From: Candidatus Bathyarchaeota archaeon
GTDB taxonomy: Archaea; Thermoproteota; Bathyarchaeia; Bathyarchaeales; Bathycorpusculaceae
Reading direction: 5' to 3'
Assembly: GCA_963775895.1 (NCBI GenBank)
Contig: CAVZKL010000017.1
Coordinates: 160,001-224,000 of the forward strand
Length of the DNA stretch: 64,000 nt
Part shown: one piece after another, positions 10,717 through 21,407 of the stretch
How the letters are laid out: every line of letters starts with the position of its first letter
How positions within the stretch are numbered: position 1 is the stretch's first letter
Program-made: the position numbers and the translations under genes
The notes under the pieces: model-generated
Databases searched by the model: none
What the model was told of the DNA's origin: nothing
The model's input: only the letters and a program-made list of their open reading frames with translations

Positions 10717-11495
10717 AGAAAGGAATCCTCCACATCGTTGAGCATGATCTGACGAACTTTTTCCGCTACAAGTGGTGGCTGGCAGGATTAATCGCCATGA
10801 ACCTTGCTGACTTATTCATAATGGCAATAGTTTACAACAATATGCTCAAACCAGACATAACAACGGAAATCAAGAGCTACTTCGACTTCTTTGCTCCAGG
10901 CTTAGCAGTGACAGGTTTGTTTGCATCGGCGTTTATGATTGGACGTGAAGTCAATGTTGAGAGACGAAGAGAAATTCACCATTACATGTTGAGCCTGCCG
11001 ATGTCACGAATAGAACTGGCGGTCGGACGAGTGATCTCGGGAGGCGTACGAGGATTGATCTACATGACCCCCTTGCTTCTGACTTGTTTTGTGTTTCTGG
11101 GGTTTCCATCATTGCCTCAGTTGCTTCTTATTTTGGCAATGCTCTTCCTTTTGGCGATGGGAATTTCGGGATTGAGTATATCAATCGCGGTGTCAACAGG
11201 AAGCTTTGAGAAATTCGTTACGGCGAGAGGCTTGGTATACTATACACTTTTCTTTTGTAGTAGCGTTTTCTACCCTCTGTCGGTCATTCAAAACCTAGGC
11301 CAGACTGGACAGTTTCCAAGTATTCTCGTGAGCTTTGCTGAAGTGAATCCTCTGAGCAGCGGTTCCGACATGATCCGCAATTTCTTGCTCGGCTATCCAG
11401 ATTTCTCGCAATACTGGATGGTCTCAGCTCTGATTTTTGCTGCAATATTCACCGGCTGTGCCATAGTCGCTTATATAAAAATCCTTGCGAGATAG
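10707..11495 (+). CDS. ABC-2 type permease (second subunit)
   Basis: Paralogous to the preceding gene: 'YMLSLPMSR', 'FYPL', 'NPLS'. Confidence 0.88.
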   Translation: MAMKKGILHIVEHDLTNFFRYKWWLAGLIAMNLADLFIMAIVYNNMLKPDITTEIKSYFDFFAPGLAVTGLFASAFMIGREVNVERRREIHHYMLSLPMSRIELAVGRVISGGVRGLIYMTPLLLTCFVFLGFPSLPQLLLILAMLFLLAMGISGLSISIAVSTGSFEKFVTARGLVYYTLFFCSSVFYPLSVIQNLGQTGQFPSILVSFAEVNPLSSGSDMIRNFLLGYPDFSQYWMVSALIFAAIFTGCAIVAYIKILAR

Positions 11496-11624
11496 AGTGT
11501 CGACTTTGACTTAGTCAAGTTAACGTGCACTTGATCCCGTGTTTTGACGACCACGTTGGCAAGCATCAACTATATCTGCATAAACCACAGAATCTATTGT
11601 TTGTCGTTATTGCCAGGTGAAAGA

Positions 11625-13327
11625 TTGAGGACGGGCGTCGAACCTCGAGAGGCAGGATTAATTCGTGAAGTCATGAGTTTCTGCAGTCATGCTGCCAAAC
11701 CCTGCCAGATCGTTGCTGCTTTGATCAGAAGTGACTATGCATCGATATACCCGACGGCTCGAACGGTCATGCAAGTTCTAGCCGTGATCCGAGATTTTCA
11801 ACCAAGACTAATGAACTACGTGAAGGTCATTGGAGGAGTGAACGTTTCAGTCTTGGGAGTAGACCAATGGGTCTTTGAAAGAGACATTGACAGGGGATTC
11901 CTAGGAGAAGCCTTGGCTGGCGCTCTAGTTTTTCCTTATTCCACATTGATGAATGAAGGCTATTTTCGCCTGGAGGAGAAAAAACTAAAGAAACGGCTGA
12001 TAACGGAACTTCTCGAGAGTCTTATTCTTGATTTCCCTGAACTATCATATGATCTGCGCATCAAGCCCGAGTACTTCATGTACGAAACGATGCTTACGAG
12101 AGGGCGACTATTTCCTCCAACGTTGTACGCGCTTGCGGACTTGATGACTGACAGGCCGAGAAGATATCGAGTGTTCCCTGCGTGGTTTTCTTGAAGCCGA
12201 CGAAAGAACTCGAACAGAATGGAATACTCTACAAAACCGATGGTTATTTGAGAATCTCTAAAGAGTTTGTTGACCGTGTCCGTGCGCGAAAAATGCGATT
12301 CATGGACCTCTTCAGAACAGGACAAAGAGCTTTGTTTACGGCTGCGCTGGGGCTTTTCCCGCAGATCTTTGATGCTATGTCCCGTAATCGCAACGAGTTT
12401 CTGAAACTCCAGAAGGCTTTCTTGGACGAATCTAAGATCATGCAGAGCATCGAGGATCCAGAGAACTATGTGTATGTTCCCACATCGAGCGGGCTCGTCT
12501 CCCTTGCAAATAGAATGGACATTGAAGCATATGCAAGAAAAGAATTATCCACTGACAAAGATGCTCAGATCAAAATCAAGAGCATCGGAGGCATTCTGAA
12601 CGACGTTTATTCGGTCGAGTTGCTAACGAAGGATCGCCATAGAAAGGTGATAGTGAAGAGATTTAGGGAGTGGGCAAATTTCAAGTGGTTCCCGCTTACA
12701 CTATGGTCAGCTGGAACAAGAACATTCGCCATGGCGGGAATATCGAGATTGGAGAAAGAATGGGCTATTAACCGTCTGCTCGATTCTCACGGTTTTGCCG
12801 TTCCGAAATTGCTGCATATCAGCCCTGCAGAACGTCTTGTGGTCATGGAGTATGTCGAGGGCGAAAACCTGAGCAAAGTTGTCAGACGCGTTATGAGTGC
12901 AAGAAATGACGAGGATCTTAAGGTTGACTTCGAGATTATAAGGAGAGTCGGTGGAACGTTTGCTCGTGTTCATTCTTTGAACGTTGCTCTGGGAGACACA
13001 AAACCAGAGAATGTGCTGGTGGGAAAGAACGGTGAAATTTGCCTGATGGATTTCGAACAGTCTAGCCGAAACGGTGATTTGGTATGGGATATCGCAGAGT
13101 TCATGTACTACTCTGGGCATTATGTGTCTCCGCTTCTTGACACAACGAAGATTCAAATGTTCGGTGAGACTTTCGTGAGAGGCTATTTGGAATCGGGTGG
13201 AAAAGCCAACATCGTCAGAAGTGCGGGTAGCCCCAAGTACACGAAGGTTTTCAGTGTTTTTACGTTTCCACACGTCATGTTCGTTCTTTCCAATATTTGC
13301 AGAAAAGCGAAGGAGTTGAAGGCGTAG
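11625..13327 (+). CDS. Kdo/RIO/Bud32-like kinase with large N-terminal domain (apparent frameshift near 12160)
   Basis: Kinase elements 'VIVKRF', 'VMEYVEG', 'LGDTKPENV', 'MDFEQ'; N-terminal part in ORF 11544..12194; TTG start after GGTGA SD. Confidence 0.7.
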
Positions 13328-13329
13328 CG

Positions 13330-14668
13330 ATGGTACAGCTTGAGACACGTCTGACTTTCTACGGTGGCGTGAATGAAATTGGTGGAAACAAAATACTCCT
13401 GAAAGACGGCGATACCAAGATCTTCTTCGATTTTGGCATGTCATTCGGAATGAAAAGACTGTTCTACTCGCCTCCCTTTCTTTCGCCGAAGAGCGAAAAA
13501 AGTCTTCAGGAATTCGGCATTCTACCAAGACTGGACGGGGTTTACAGATTTGATGAGAAACAACCAGATGTTGATGCGATCTTCATCTCTCACGGGCATT
13601 TGGACCATTGTGCCTACCTCTCCTTTGTAAAACGCGAAATTCCAATATATTGCGGCCAAACTACCAACATCATTCTCCAGTCATTGGGAGACATAAGACG
13701 GACGGACCTAGAATTCGACGTGCGAGGGCTGAATTTCAACACATTCAGAACTGGAGAAAAAATACGCTGCGGCAATTTGGAAATCGAGCCAATTCACGTA
13801 GACCACTCAGTTCCCGGCGCGTATGGTTTTGTCGTCCATACTTCGAATGGATCGCTGGCTTACACGGGCGACTTCAGGCATCACGGCGCAAAAAGCGAAA
13901 TGACTGATGATTTCACTGAGAAAGCATGTGAATCCGAGGTCAGGACGATTATTACTGAAGCTACGAACATGACAGGCGCTTCAGTGTCTACTGAACGCGA
14001 GGTAGAAAGCAAACTGGACGCCGTCGTTAGTAATTCAAAAGGGATTGTGCTTGCGGAGTTTGCTTACGCAGATGTTGATCGCTTCAACAGTTTCCTCCAC
14101 GTAGCCAAAAAAAACAACCGATGTCTCGCGATTTCCCTCAGGCAAGCCTATCTGCTGGAAGCACTTCGTGCTGACAAGGGCCTGCGGCTTCCGAACATTA
14201 ATGATGAGAGCATCTTGATTTTTCGAAAGTCGAAGACCAGCAGTTACAAATGGGAAAAACAGTTGGCTGATCGATACGCTGACAAGGTAAAAGGGGCGTT
14301 CGAACTCTCGAAGCAACAGGGCAATGTCATCTTGGCAATGTCTTTCTATGATCTTGAAGAGCTTGTTGAGATCCGACCGAACGCCGGGAAGCTGTTATGT
14401 ACTGTCCGCGTCCGAACCGTTCAATGAGGAAATGGAGATAGACTTCGAAAGATTGGTGAACTGGCTCGACCATTATGGACTTCCGCAGTATCACGTGCAC
14501 GTTTCAGGACACATAATGCCCCTGCAGTTAAGGTCGGCTATTGAAAAAATCAATGCAAAAACTGTTTTTCCTGTTCACACTGAGAACGCGCAATTGTTCA
14601 ATAGGTTCATGCAGGATTCAAAGAGGAAAGTGATCTTGACTGAGAAAGAAAAGGAATACAGGCTCTAG
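13330..14668 (+). CDS. MBL-fold beta-CASP / RNase J-like hydrolase (apparent frameshift near 14380)
   Basis: 'GGVNEIGGN', 'SHGHLDH', 'VDHSVPGA', 'YTGDFR', and in the second frame 'HVSGH', 'PVHTE'. Confidence 0.85.
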
Positions 14669-14755
14669 CCTATCAGAAGTGATTGCTCCGAGAGTCGAGT
14701 TGATGGACAAAGGGTTTTATGGCTAGAAGAGCACAATATAACAAGAGTTGATAGA

Positions 14756-14995
14756 ATGCCGATGGCGTTTGTTCTCATCAACACTGAACTAGGAACTGAA
14801 ATGGACGTTCTGAAAAACGTGAGAAAAGTGAAGGGGGTCGAAGAAGCTTTCGCTGTCTATGGAACTTATGACATAGTCGTTCGTGTCAAGGCGGACACGA
14901 TGGAACGCCTCAAAGAAACCGTGTCAGCTCAAGTTAGAAAGGTTAACAATGTTAGAGCCACTTTGACGCTGATGTCTTCAGAGGATTCAAAGTAG
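14756..14995 (+). CDS. Stand-alone Lrp/AsnC ligand-binding (RAM) domain protein
   Basis: 'AFVLINTE.G', 'VYGTYDIVVRV'; no HTH. Confidence 0.9.
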   Translation: MPMAFVLINTELGTEMDVLKNVRKVKGVEEAFAVYGTYDIVVRVKADTMERLKETVSAQVRKVNNVRATLTLMSSEDSK

Positions 14996-15049
14996 CATCC
15001 AAATCCCATTTTTTGTCCTTTTGAAGGAAATATCTGTTAGAAGCGTCAT

Positions 15050-16232
15050 TCAATTTGAATAGACTCCGAAACGCCACGATTCTTCTTTCTCGTAAAGGCT
15101 CCTGAGCACATCAGTGGCTATTTGTCTATCGACTGTGAGAAGCAGTTTTGCGATGTGCTTGCACAGCCTTTTCGTTGAATTGATCTTCTTCCAATCAGCG
15201 CAGTCGTGAAGCATGAGATTTGTCTCCCATGTCTATTGTTATATGGTATTCTTTCAACGTCGCTTCGATCAGGTCCTGGGTTTGTTTCGTCACTCGTAAC
15301 TCGATGTCTTCGATTTGTTCCGCTCGTTTCAACCGTTCTGGCGAAACAAAGTGGGCAATCAGGCTAGTGAAATCCATGTTTCTCGGAGGAACAAAAGCTT
15401 CGAGCGTGGAGCATGTCTGTTCCTCTTGCTTTTTGCGATAGTCTTCCAATCTCCTCTTTGCGTCCACTTGCTTCGGTTCGATCACTCCGAGAATCTCCAT
15501 TATTTGCAGGCAGTTTTCAACGGCGTAACCGTGATAATGGTTGTTGAAGTAGCCATAGACCTTGTCAACTTTGTTTGCAACTTCGTTGACTTTTGGGGCC
15601 CACGGCTGTAATTCCTCTACACTGTACAGGTAGTTGTACCATGGTCCATTGCCGTGTCCGTGCCATCTAAAATAGGCAATGTTGGACGTGACGTGAATTT
15701 CTGGGGGAAGCAGTGGTTCGTCGACTATCGCGTAGGCCACCCTGTATTTTTCAAGAAGCGCCCACGTCTCGTTCTTCAGCCACGAAGGGTGACGAAACTC
15801 AACCGCAAATCTGATGTGGGTTGGGAGGAGCTTGAAGAAGTCTTCCATTTGTTTGGGTCTGTAGTCGAATCTTGGAGGAAGCTGGATCAGTATACAGCCT
15901 AGTTTCCCGCTTAGAAAGAGAGGCTCCATCAGTTCCGTGAACTTCTCCAAATCCTTTTCTATTCCCTCTGCTAGATTCAGCTTTTTTTCATGAGTGATCA
16001 GCCCAGGCAGTTTTGCCGTGTACACGAAACTCTCAGGTGAGTACCGGGCCCAACCCATGACTGTACCCTTGTTTGGATAGCGGTAGAAAGTGGAGTCTAT
16101 CTCAACGCTTTTGAAAACGTTTGAATACGCTCTGAGCATACTTTTGTCCGACTTTGAATAGAATGGACCTATCCACTCTTTGTAGCTCCAGCCAGAAGTT
16201 CCCAGAAGTACCTTGTCGGAAGCTTTAATCAC
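15050..16232 (-). CDS. DUF72 (YecE-like) protein with C-terminal SWIM-like Zn finger (apparent frameshift near 15220)
   Basis: 'GTSGWSY', 'VEIDSTFY', 'QLPP', 'EFRHPSW', 'YFRWHG', 'FNNH'; the alternative frame continues 'LHDCADW...LCKHIAK' to TGA at 15050. Confidence 0.8.
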
Positions 16233-16237
16233 TTTAA

Positions 16238-17174
16238 TCACTCTATTATTGATTTCATTTTTTCTGCGACTTCTGATAGAGCTATCGTAGGTTCCTTCGG
16301 GGATTTTCCTCAAACATTCCGCCACATGAATTCTCTCAGTCTTGCTCAGATCGAATAGTTTCCATCCTTGACTGTGTATTAGCTGCTGTTTCGTCGCAGG
16401 GAAGCATGCGTCTTCTCTTAGCACCTCTTCTAATGAGGCGATTCCAGTTGAATTTGTTATCGATGGGAACTTGCCAGTTTGTTTGTAGGACTTCAACCTG
16501 ACAGCGTCTTTGTACATTCTTACAAAGTGAAAGCTCATGACTATCTTCTTGGATCTGCTACTGGTCGCCTTTCTATCTATTTCTACTAATTCCCCGTCAG
16601 TTGGTTGGTAAACGTTGTGTTCACCCTTGCCGAACAGCCTTGTGTACAGTACGTCTGAATCGTAAGCTGGGGTCTCGCCTTTCGAAAGGTCAACCGAGTG
16701 AATGATGTTAAAGTCCTGCATCACCTTGAGAAGTCCGCTAGGCAGATCGGCGCTTGGAGTTCTTCTGATTTCGAGCGCCAGTCTCAGACTTCCCAGATTC
16801 AGCGAACGCAGGGTTTGGCGAACGTTTTCAATCGTTGTTTCATTTAGTTCAAATGCTGGAGGTGCTTGAAGATGAAGGATTTCAGCGTTCAGCACATTGC
16901 AAATCCGTTTCATCTTCTCAAAGGATTCGAAAACCTCCTTTTCAGGCTTGAGTCTGTGCTTATGCGTAATCGATCTGTGTGCTCTGACCGAAAATTGAAA
17001 GTCGGTGAGTACCATTTTTCGCCAGCTCTCTGCTTCAGCAAGAGGAGGGATTTGATAGAAGGTCGAGTTGACCTCCACAAAATTGAAAACTTTCGAATAC
17101 GCTACTAACGACTTTAATTTCGGAACTTGAAAGTACGCCCACCCGCCAGCTCCAATGAGGTATTCTGTCAACAA
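16238..17174 (-). CDS. Divergent DUF72 protein with C-terminal DUF2795-like helical domain
   Basis: 'IGAGGWAY', 'VEVNSTFY', 'YTRLFG'; tail 'FPATKQQLI...LRKIPEGTYDS'. Removing one base near 16282 gives a natural end 'SLSEVAEKMKSIIE*' at 16238. Confidence 0.75.
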
Positions 17175-17322
17175 ACGTCTCCTTGTAATTATAGTTCATT
17201 GACAGTCTCAAAAACCTTGGGATTGGGCGATCGCGGTGAGTGTTTAGCCTTGATACTGATCTCGGATTATTATGCGATGTAGAGTGCGATGATTCAGAAT
17301 GTATAATTGGTAGTATGGACTC

Positions 17323-17580
17323 ATGCTACTCACGATAGCGATGACGACGACTACGCGACAGGATCGCCGAACGCAGGTGCTTTTTCACACTCTTGGTCTC
17401 AGTTGTATAGGCGGCGCAATATTTCTGCAGATTTTGGTTTTCACTGACATACTCACTAATGGCTATTTTATGGCGGTGGAACACAACTTCGTAATTTTGA
17501 CTTTTGAAGTGCTTCTGACGGTCTTCTCGTTCATCTATTTTATTTATATGTATCAGCGCTTCATTCGGTCCATAAGATAA
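17323..17580 (+). CDS. small membrane protein (2 TM)
   Basis: Two hydrophobic helices and a basic C-terminus. Confidence 0.6.
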   Translation: MLLTIAMTTTTRQDRRTQVLFHTLGLSCIGGAIFLQILVFTDILTNGYFMAVEHNFVILTFEVLLTVFSFIYFIYMYQRFIRSIR

Positions 17581-17695
17581 ATCAAAGTGTTGATTCTTTT
17601 TGATGACTGTTTTCAGATTTTGTTACGATCGATGGAAAATGTTAAATAACGTTTCCGCAGAACACGGTCAGTAGTCGCTCTCTGATGGTGAAGTA

Positions 17696-18433
17696 ATGAG
17701 GGCTTTCCGCTTGATTAGACTATTGCTGCTCGTATTGCCTCTGACTTTAGTTTTGCTCAACTCCGCGAGTGTACTTGCCGCGGAGGAGAAAATGAAGAGT
17801 TTTTTCAATTCTGAGATGACTGGAGTCACGATTGGGGTCAAGGCAACGCAACTCGTCGAACCGGGGCAAAGCGTGACTGTAGTTATGACTGTGAATACAA
17901 CTTTCCACGTACATATTGAGCGAATCGGTCTGGAGATATTCGGCTTTGTAAACGGCACGGACCAGCTTTCAATAGGAAACATGTCCGATGGCGACTTTGA
18001 CCTGAACGACACTCTGAAAGAGTACGTTATCACAACCACTGTTCCAAACAATGTGTGGGGTTCCACCTACGGAGAGATAAGATTAACCTACTCAGTCAAC
18101 ATGGGTGGGGCTATACTCCAATTTCCGAATATCATCAACGGTTTTCCATTAACCCCCGTGGAAAACACATTAGTCAAGAGCCTTGAAGAACAGATCAAGA
18201 GCTTGAATGAGAGCTATAGCCAATTGTCCCAAATGTATGCGAACTTGACCAACGCGTTCGTCAACCTGAACCAAAGCTACTGGAATCTACAAGGAAATTA
18301 TACTTCTGCACAAAACAGCCTAGGGGAACTGGACAACACCCGGCGTCTATCGACGATCTTGGCGATAACTACAGTTTTCTTCTTAGCTACAACGGTCTAT
18401 ATCGTAGTGAGAAGACCAAGAGATTACTGGTAA
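17696..18433 (+). CDS. Secreted, C-terminally anchored surface protein (beta-sandwich plus coiled coil)
   Basis: N-terminal signal peptide, N-glycosylation sequons, heptad region, C-terminal TM followed by 'RRPRDYW'. Confidence 0.75.
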   Translation: MRAFRLIRLLLLVLPLTLVLLNSASVLAAEEKMKSFFNSEMTGVTIGVKATQLVEPGQSVTVVMTVNTTFHVHIERIGLEIFGFVNGTDQLSIGNMSDGDFDLNDTLKEYVITTTVPNNVWGSTYGEIRLTYSVNMGGAILQFPNIINGFPLTPVENTLVKSLEEQIKSLNESYSQLSQMYANLTNAFVNLNQSYWNLQGNYTSAQNSLGELDNTRRLSTILAITTVFFLATTVYIVVRRPRDYW

Positions 18434-18498
18434 ATCGTGCTTTGCAGCAGAACAGTCTAGCACGTTTCAATATTGAAAAATTCGCTTGAATCCGTTCC

Positions 18499-19792
18499 CT
18501 ACTTCTCGTGAAGTTTCTGAGCTGCGACGAAGGCTAGTCCATTTTTCGTGAGAGCTTCCGCGGTTCTGTTCACAGCATCGTGTTTGTCAAGGTAGTTCAA
18601 TAGCAGCTGCGGCATCAGTCCTTCCATCGAGAATATCTTTTTTGGGCCTGAAGTAGTCGAGGATATCCGATGCATGCTTTCTCTTGACTTCGGTTGCTGG
18701 AAGCCCACCTTCATGTTTTGCGCCGATGTTTCTGACATGGTCTGCAAGTTCGAGAAGTTCGCTAGTTCGGTCGTAAGGCTCTCGGACTATGCTCTTGTAC
18801 GCTTCCGTTATGTGATGCTCGATGCGAACTACGTTTTCAAAGTCAAAGAAGTCTCTCACGTAAGCAGCAAGTTCTATCGTCTGATTATTAACGGAGTTGG
18901 AAAGGTTGAAGCCGATAAGGGGCGTCGACCCATCTTCCCTGCTGAAGAGTTTCGCCGTCAATAACGTCCAGAGTATAGAGTACGGGTTGTCAATTCCCAG
19001 AAACACCGATATCTTGAATTCAATGTCGATGCCTAGCTTACGTAGCCAATATCCGAGCAAAACGGTTCCAGCGTTCGTGTTTAGTACTTGCGTGACCCCG
19101 TACTCAGTGTAGTAGTGCAGGAACTCGTCGACCCATTTCAACGAATACTCGTTCGGTGCTCCTACACCTCCGAAGTAGCCTGTTATCGTTTCGGGTCCAC
19201 CCAGGTGAACATTTATTGGTTTGCCATCCGGCCCCGATAGGGTTCCCTTCGTGTCCAAAGTCTGCACGTAAGAAGCTCCGATGATCTGCATTGACGCGGC
19301 GAAAGCAAGAATGTCGCCGTCTTCCACCTGTTCCTTCATTGAGCGTACGCGAATGTACCGACCGGGCATCAGTTCCTGTTTTTTGATGGCTTGCTTCGCT
19401 TCCTCGATGAGCCATGGGAAAAAGTTGAGGGCGCTGATTTCCAGGGTGACGGGAAAAGATTCGTCAAACTTCATCGATTCCGCTTTTTTTCCGAGGATCT
19501 TCTTTCTGTAATCGTGTATACTAATAAAAGCTTCTTTGTCGCGTTGATTGCTGAGCCATTCAAGATCCTTTGTGAATGATGATTTCTTTTTCTTGAGCCT
19601 GTTCATCAGGTTGTCAATCTTGCGAGCGTCTTCGGCTTTCTTGTTAATCTCTTTGACGCCGCCATACTTGTCGATGATTTCGAGCAGTCCGTTAACGAGG
19701 GGATTGTCCTTTTTCAGCAAGAACTTGTTAATTTCATCGAGATTTTGGTGGTCTATGCGTAGTTTGTCCCTAAGGTTAATCAAGATATTCAT
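18499..19792 (-). CDS. Conserved-looking hypothetical protein (~430 aa, apparent frameshift near 18625)
   Basis: Long ORF 18587..19792 with globular composition and Gly/His motifs ('NVHLGGPETITGYFGGVG', 'RIEHHITE', 'KHEGG'); C-terminus in ORF 18499..18747. Confidence 0.75.
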
Positions 19793-19922
19793 CCTCTCTG
19801 TTGCGATAACCTGTTCACAGCTTATTGTTTATAGTATTTTCGGAAAGAACGAATTCGATTGTTTTTTCGACAAAAATGAACTTAAATAATATAAGACCGA
19901 TGAACGTCTAAGAGGTCGTGGA

Positions 19923-21407
19923 TTGCTTATGTTCAAGCCTGAAGGAATTTTCCCCGCTTTGGTGACACCGTTTACCGATGATGGAAGTGGCGTTGATGAA
20001 CAAAGGCTGCGAGCGCTAGTTGACCATTGCATCGAGATGGGGGTTCACGGAGTCGTTCCATGTGGAACGACCGGCGAGTCTGTTAATTTGACGGTCGAAG
20101 AGAAGAAACGGGTCATCAGGATCGTGGTTGATGAGGTCAACGGAAAGGTTCCGGTCATAGCTGGGACAGGTTCCAGCGGGACGGACCAGACTGTTGAAAT
20201 GACGAAGTATGCCAAGGACGCTGGAGTGACGGCTGCTTTGATCGTCACGCCTTATTACTTGAAGCCTGCGGACCGCGGAATTTACGAACACTACAGCACC
20301 ATAGCGAGTGAAGTTGACTTGCCGATAATATTGTACAACATTCCGCAGTGCACGGGGTTGGATTTGCCTTGGCAGATGGTGGAAGACCTTGCCCAGATAC
20401 CGAACATCGTTGGTGTCAAAGACAGCAGTGGACAGTTGAAGTTCATACTGGCCGTTCTGGAAAAGGTCAGAGACAAGATAAATGTGCTTTGTGGACACGA
20501 TGAAGTTGTGATGGCTGGTCTAGCTGCGGGTTGTTCTGGCGCCATACTTGCCAGTGCTAATGTGATCCCTGACGTTTGGGTTCAAATGTACAACCATGTC
20601 AAAATGGGTGAGCTTCAGCAAGCTCGCGAGCTTCAGTACAAGATCCAAAAAATAGCCAGGATAATCGCCGGAAGCGGAGCGGTTGGAACAAAAGAGGCTT
20701 TGAACATGATGAAAATCAAGGTGGGGCCCGTCAGAAAACCTCTCAGTGTGGGTGGAGAGTTGACGTATGAATCAAGAGAGGAACTGCGTCTTGACCTGGA
20801 AAAGATCGGAAAGATAAAGCCTAGGGTAATATCCTTCGAGATGCCAGAGAAGCCGATCGAAGAACGGTTCGCGGCAGTCGAGATAACACCCGAGATCATC
20901 AAGGACTGGAATTTGCGAGTCGGGGAAGCTTTGGCGGGACAGGGTGCAGAAGTGGCACACATCGATCTTCTGATCGGCAGAAAAGATGGTCCTGTTGCTG
21001 CGGCTCTTGCGACTGCGAAAGCGACGCCGGAATCGGGACACGAGCCTTTGCTTGCAATTCTGGAGCCTAATCTTTCCGTCAAGCCTGTGACTCTGATCGT
21101 GCCAACTGTTACTATAACGAGTATGCGGCAGGCAAGTATGGTTTATGGTCCGGCGCAGACTGCGGTGGCAAAAGCCGTTGTTGACAGCGTTGCAGATGGG
21201 ACAATTCCCAAAGCCGCAGTAGACGAATTGGTGATAATCGCGAACGTGTTCGTTCATCCGACTGCGGTCGATAGACAGAGAGTCTACATCAACAATTACA
21301 AGGCGATGCGACATGCTATTCGCAAAACTGTGGAAGGCAGACCGAGTATTGACGAGCTCATAGAGAACAAGGATCGTTCGAAGCATCCGTTTAAGTATGG
21401 TCCGTAG
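19923..21407 (+). CDS. DapA/NAL-family class I aldolase fused to formaldehyde-activating enzyme (Fae) domain
   Basis: N-terminal domain 'GTTGES', 'YNIP', 'GVKDSSG'; C-terminal domain from ~20919 'VGEALAG.G.EVAHIDLLIG...GPAQ.AVAKAV.DSV..G.IP...NY.A...AI...HPF'. Confidence 0.9.
   Translation: MLMFKPEGIFPALVTPFTDDGSGVDEQRLRALVDHCIEMGVHGVVPCGTTGESVNLTVEEKKRVIRIVVDEVNGKVPVIAGTGSSGTDQTVEMTKYAKDAGVTAALIVTPYYLKPADRGIYEHYSTIASEVDLPIILYNIPQCTGLDLPWQMVEDLAQIPNIVGVKDSSGQLKFILAVLEKVRDKINVLCGHDEVVMAGLAAGCSGAILASANVIPDVWVQMYNHVKMGELQQARELQYKIQKIARIIAGSGAVGTKEALNMMKIKVGPVRKPLSVGGELTYESREELRLDLEKIGKIKPRVISFEMPEKPIEERFAAVEITPEIIKDWNLRVGEALAGQGAEVAHIDLLIGRKDGPVAAALATAKATPESGHEPLLAILEPNLSVKPVTLIVPTVTITSMRQASMVYGPAQTAVAKAVVDSVADGTIPKAAVDELVIIANVFVHPTAVDRQRVYINNYKAMRHAIRKTVEGRPSIDELIENKDRSKHPFKYGP

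Noticed and set aside
12707-13528. Long antisense ORFs (for example 12707..13528, 58671..59384, 45647..46258, 20772..21386)
   Set aside because: They are shadows of well-supported genes on the opposite strand and have no recognisable motifs.
15195-17174. 659-aa double-DUF72 fusion in the ORF track
   Set aside because: The junction is low-plausibility sequence. Deleting one base near 16282 yields a natural stop at 16238 and a GTG start at 16232, so two genes are more likely.
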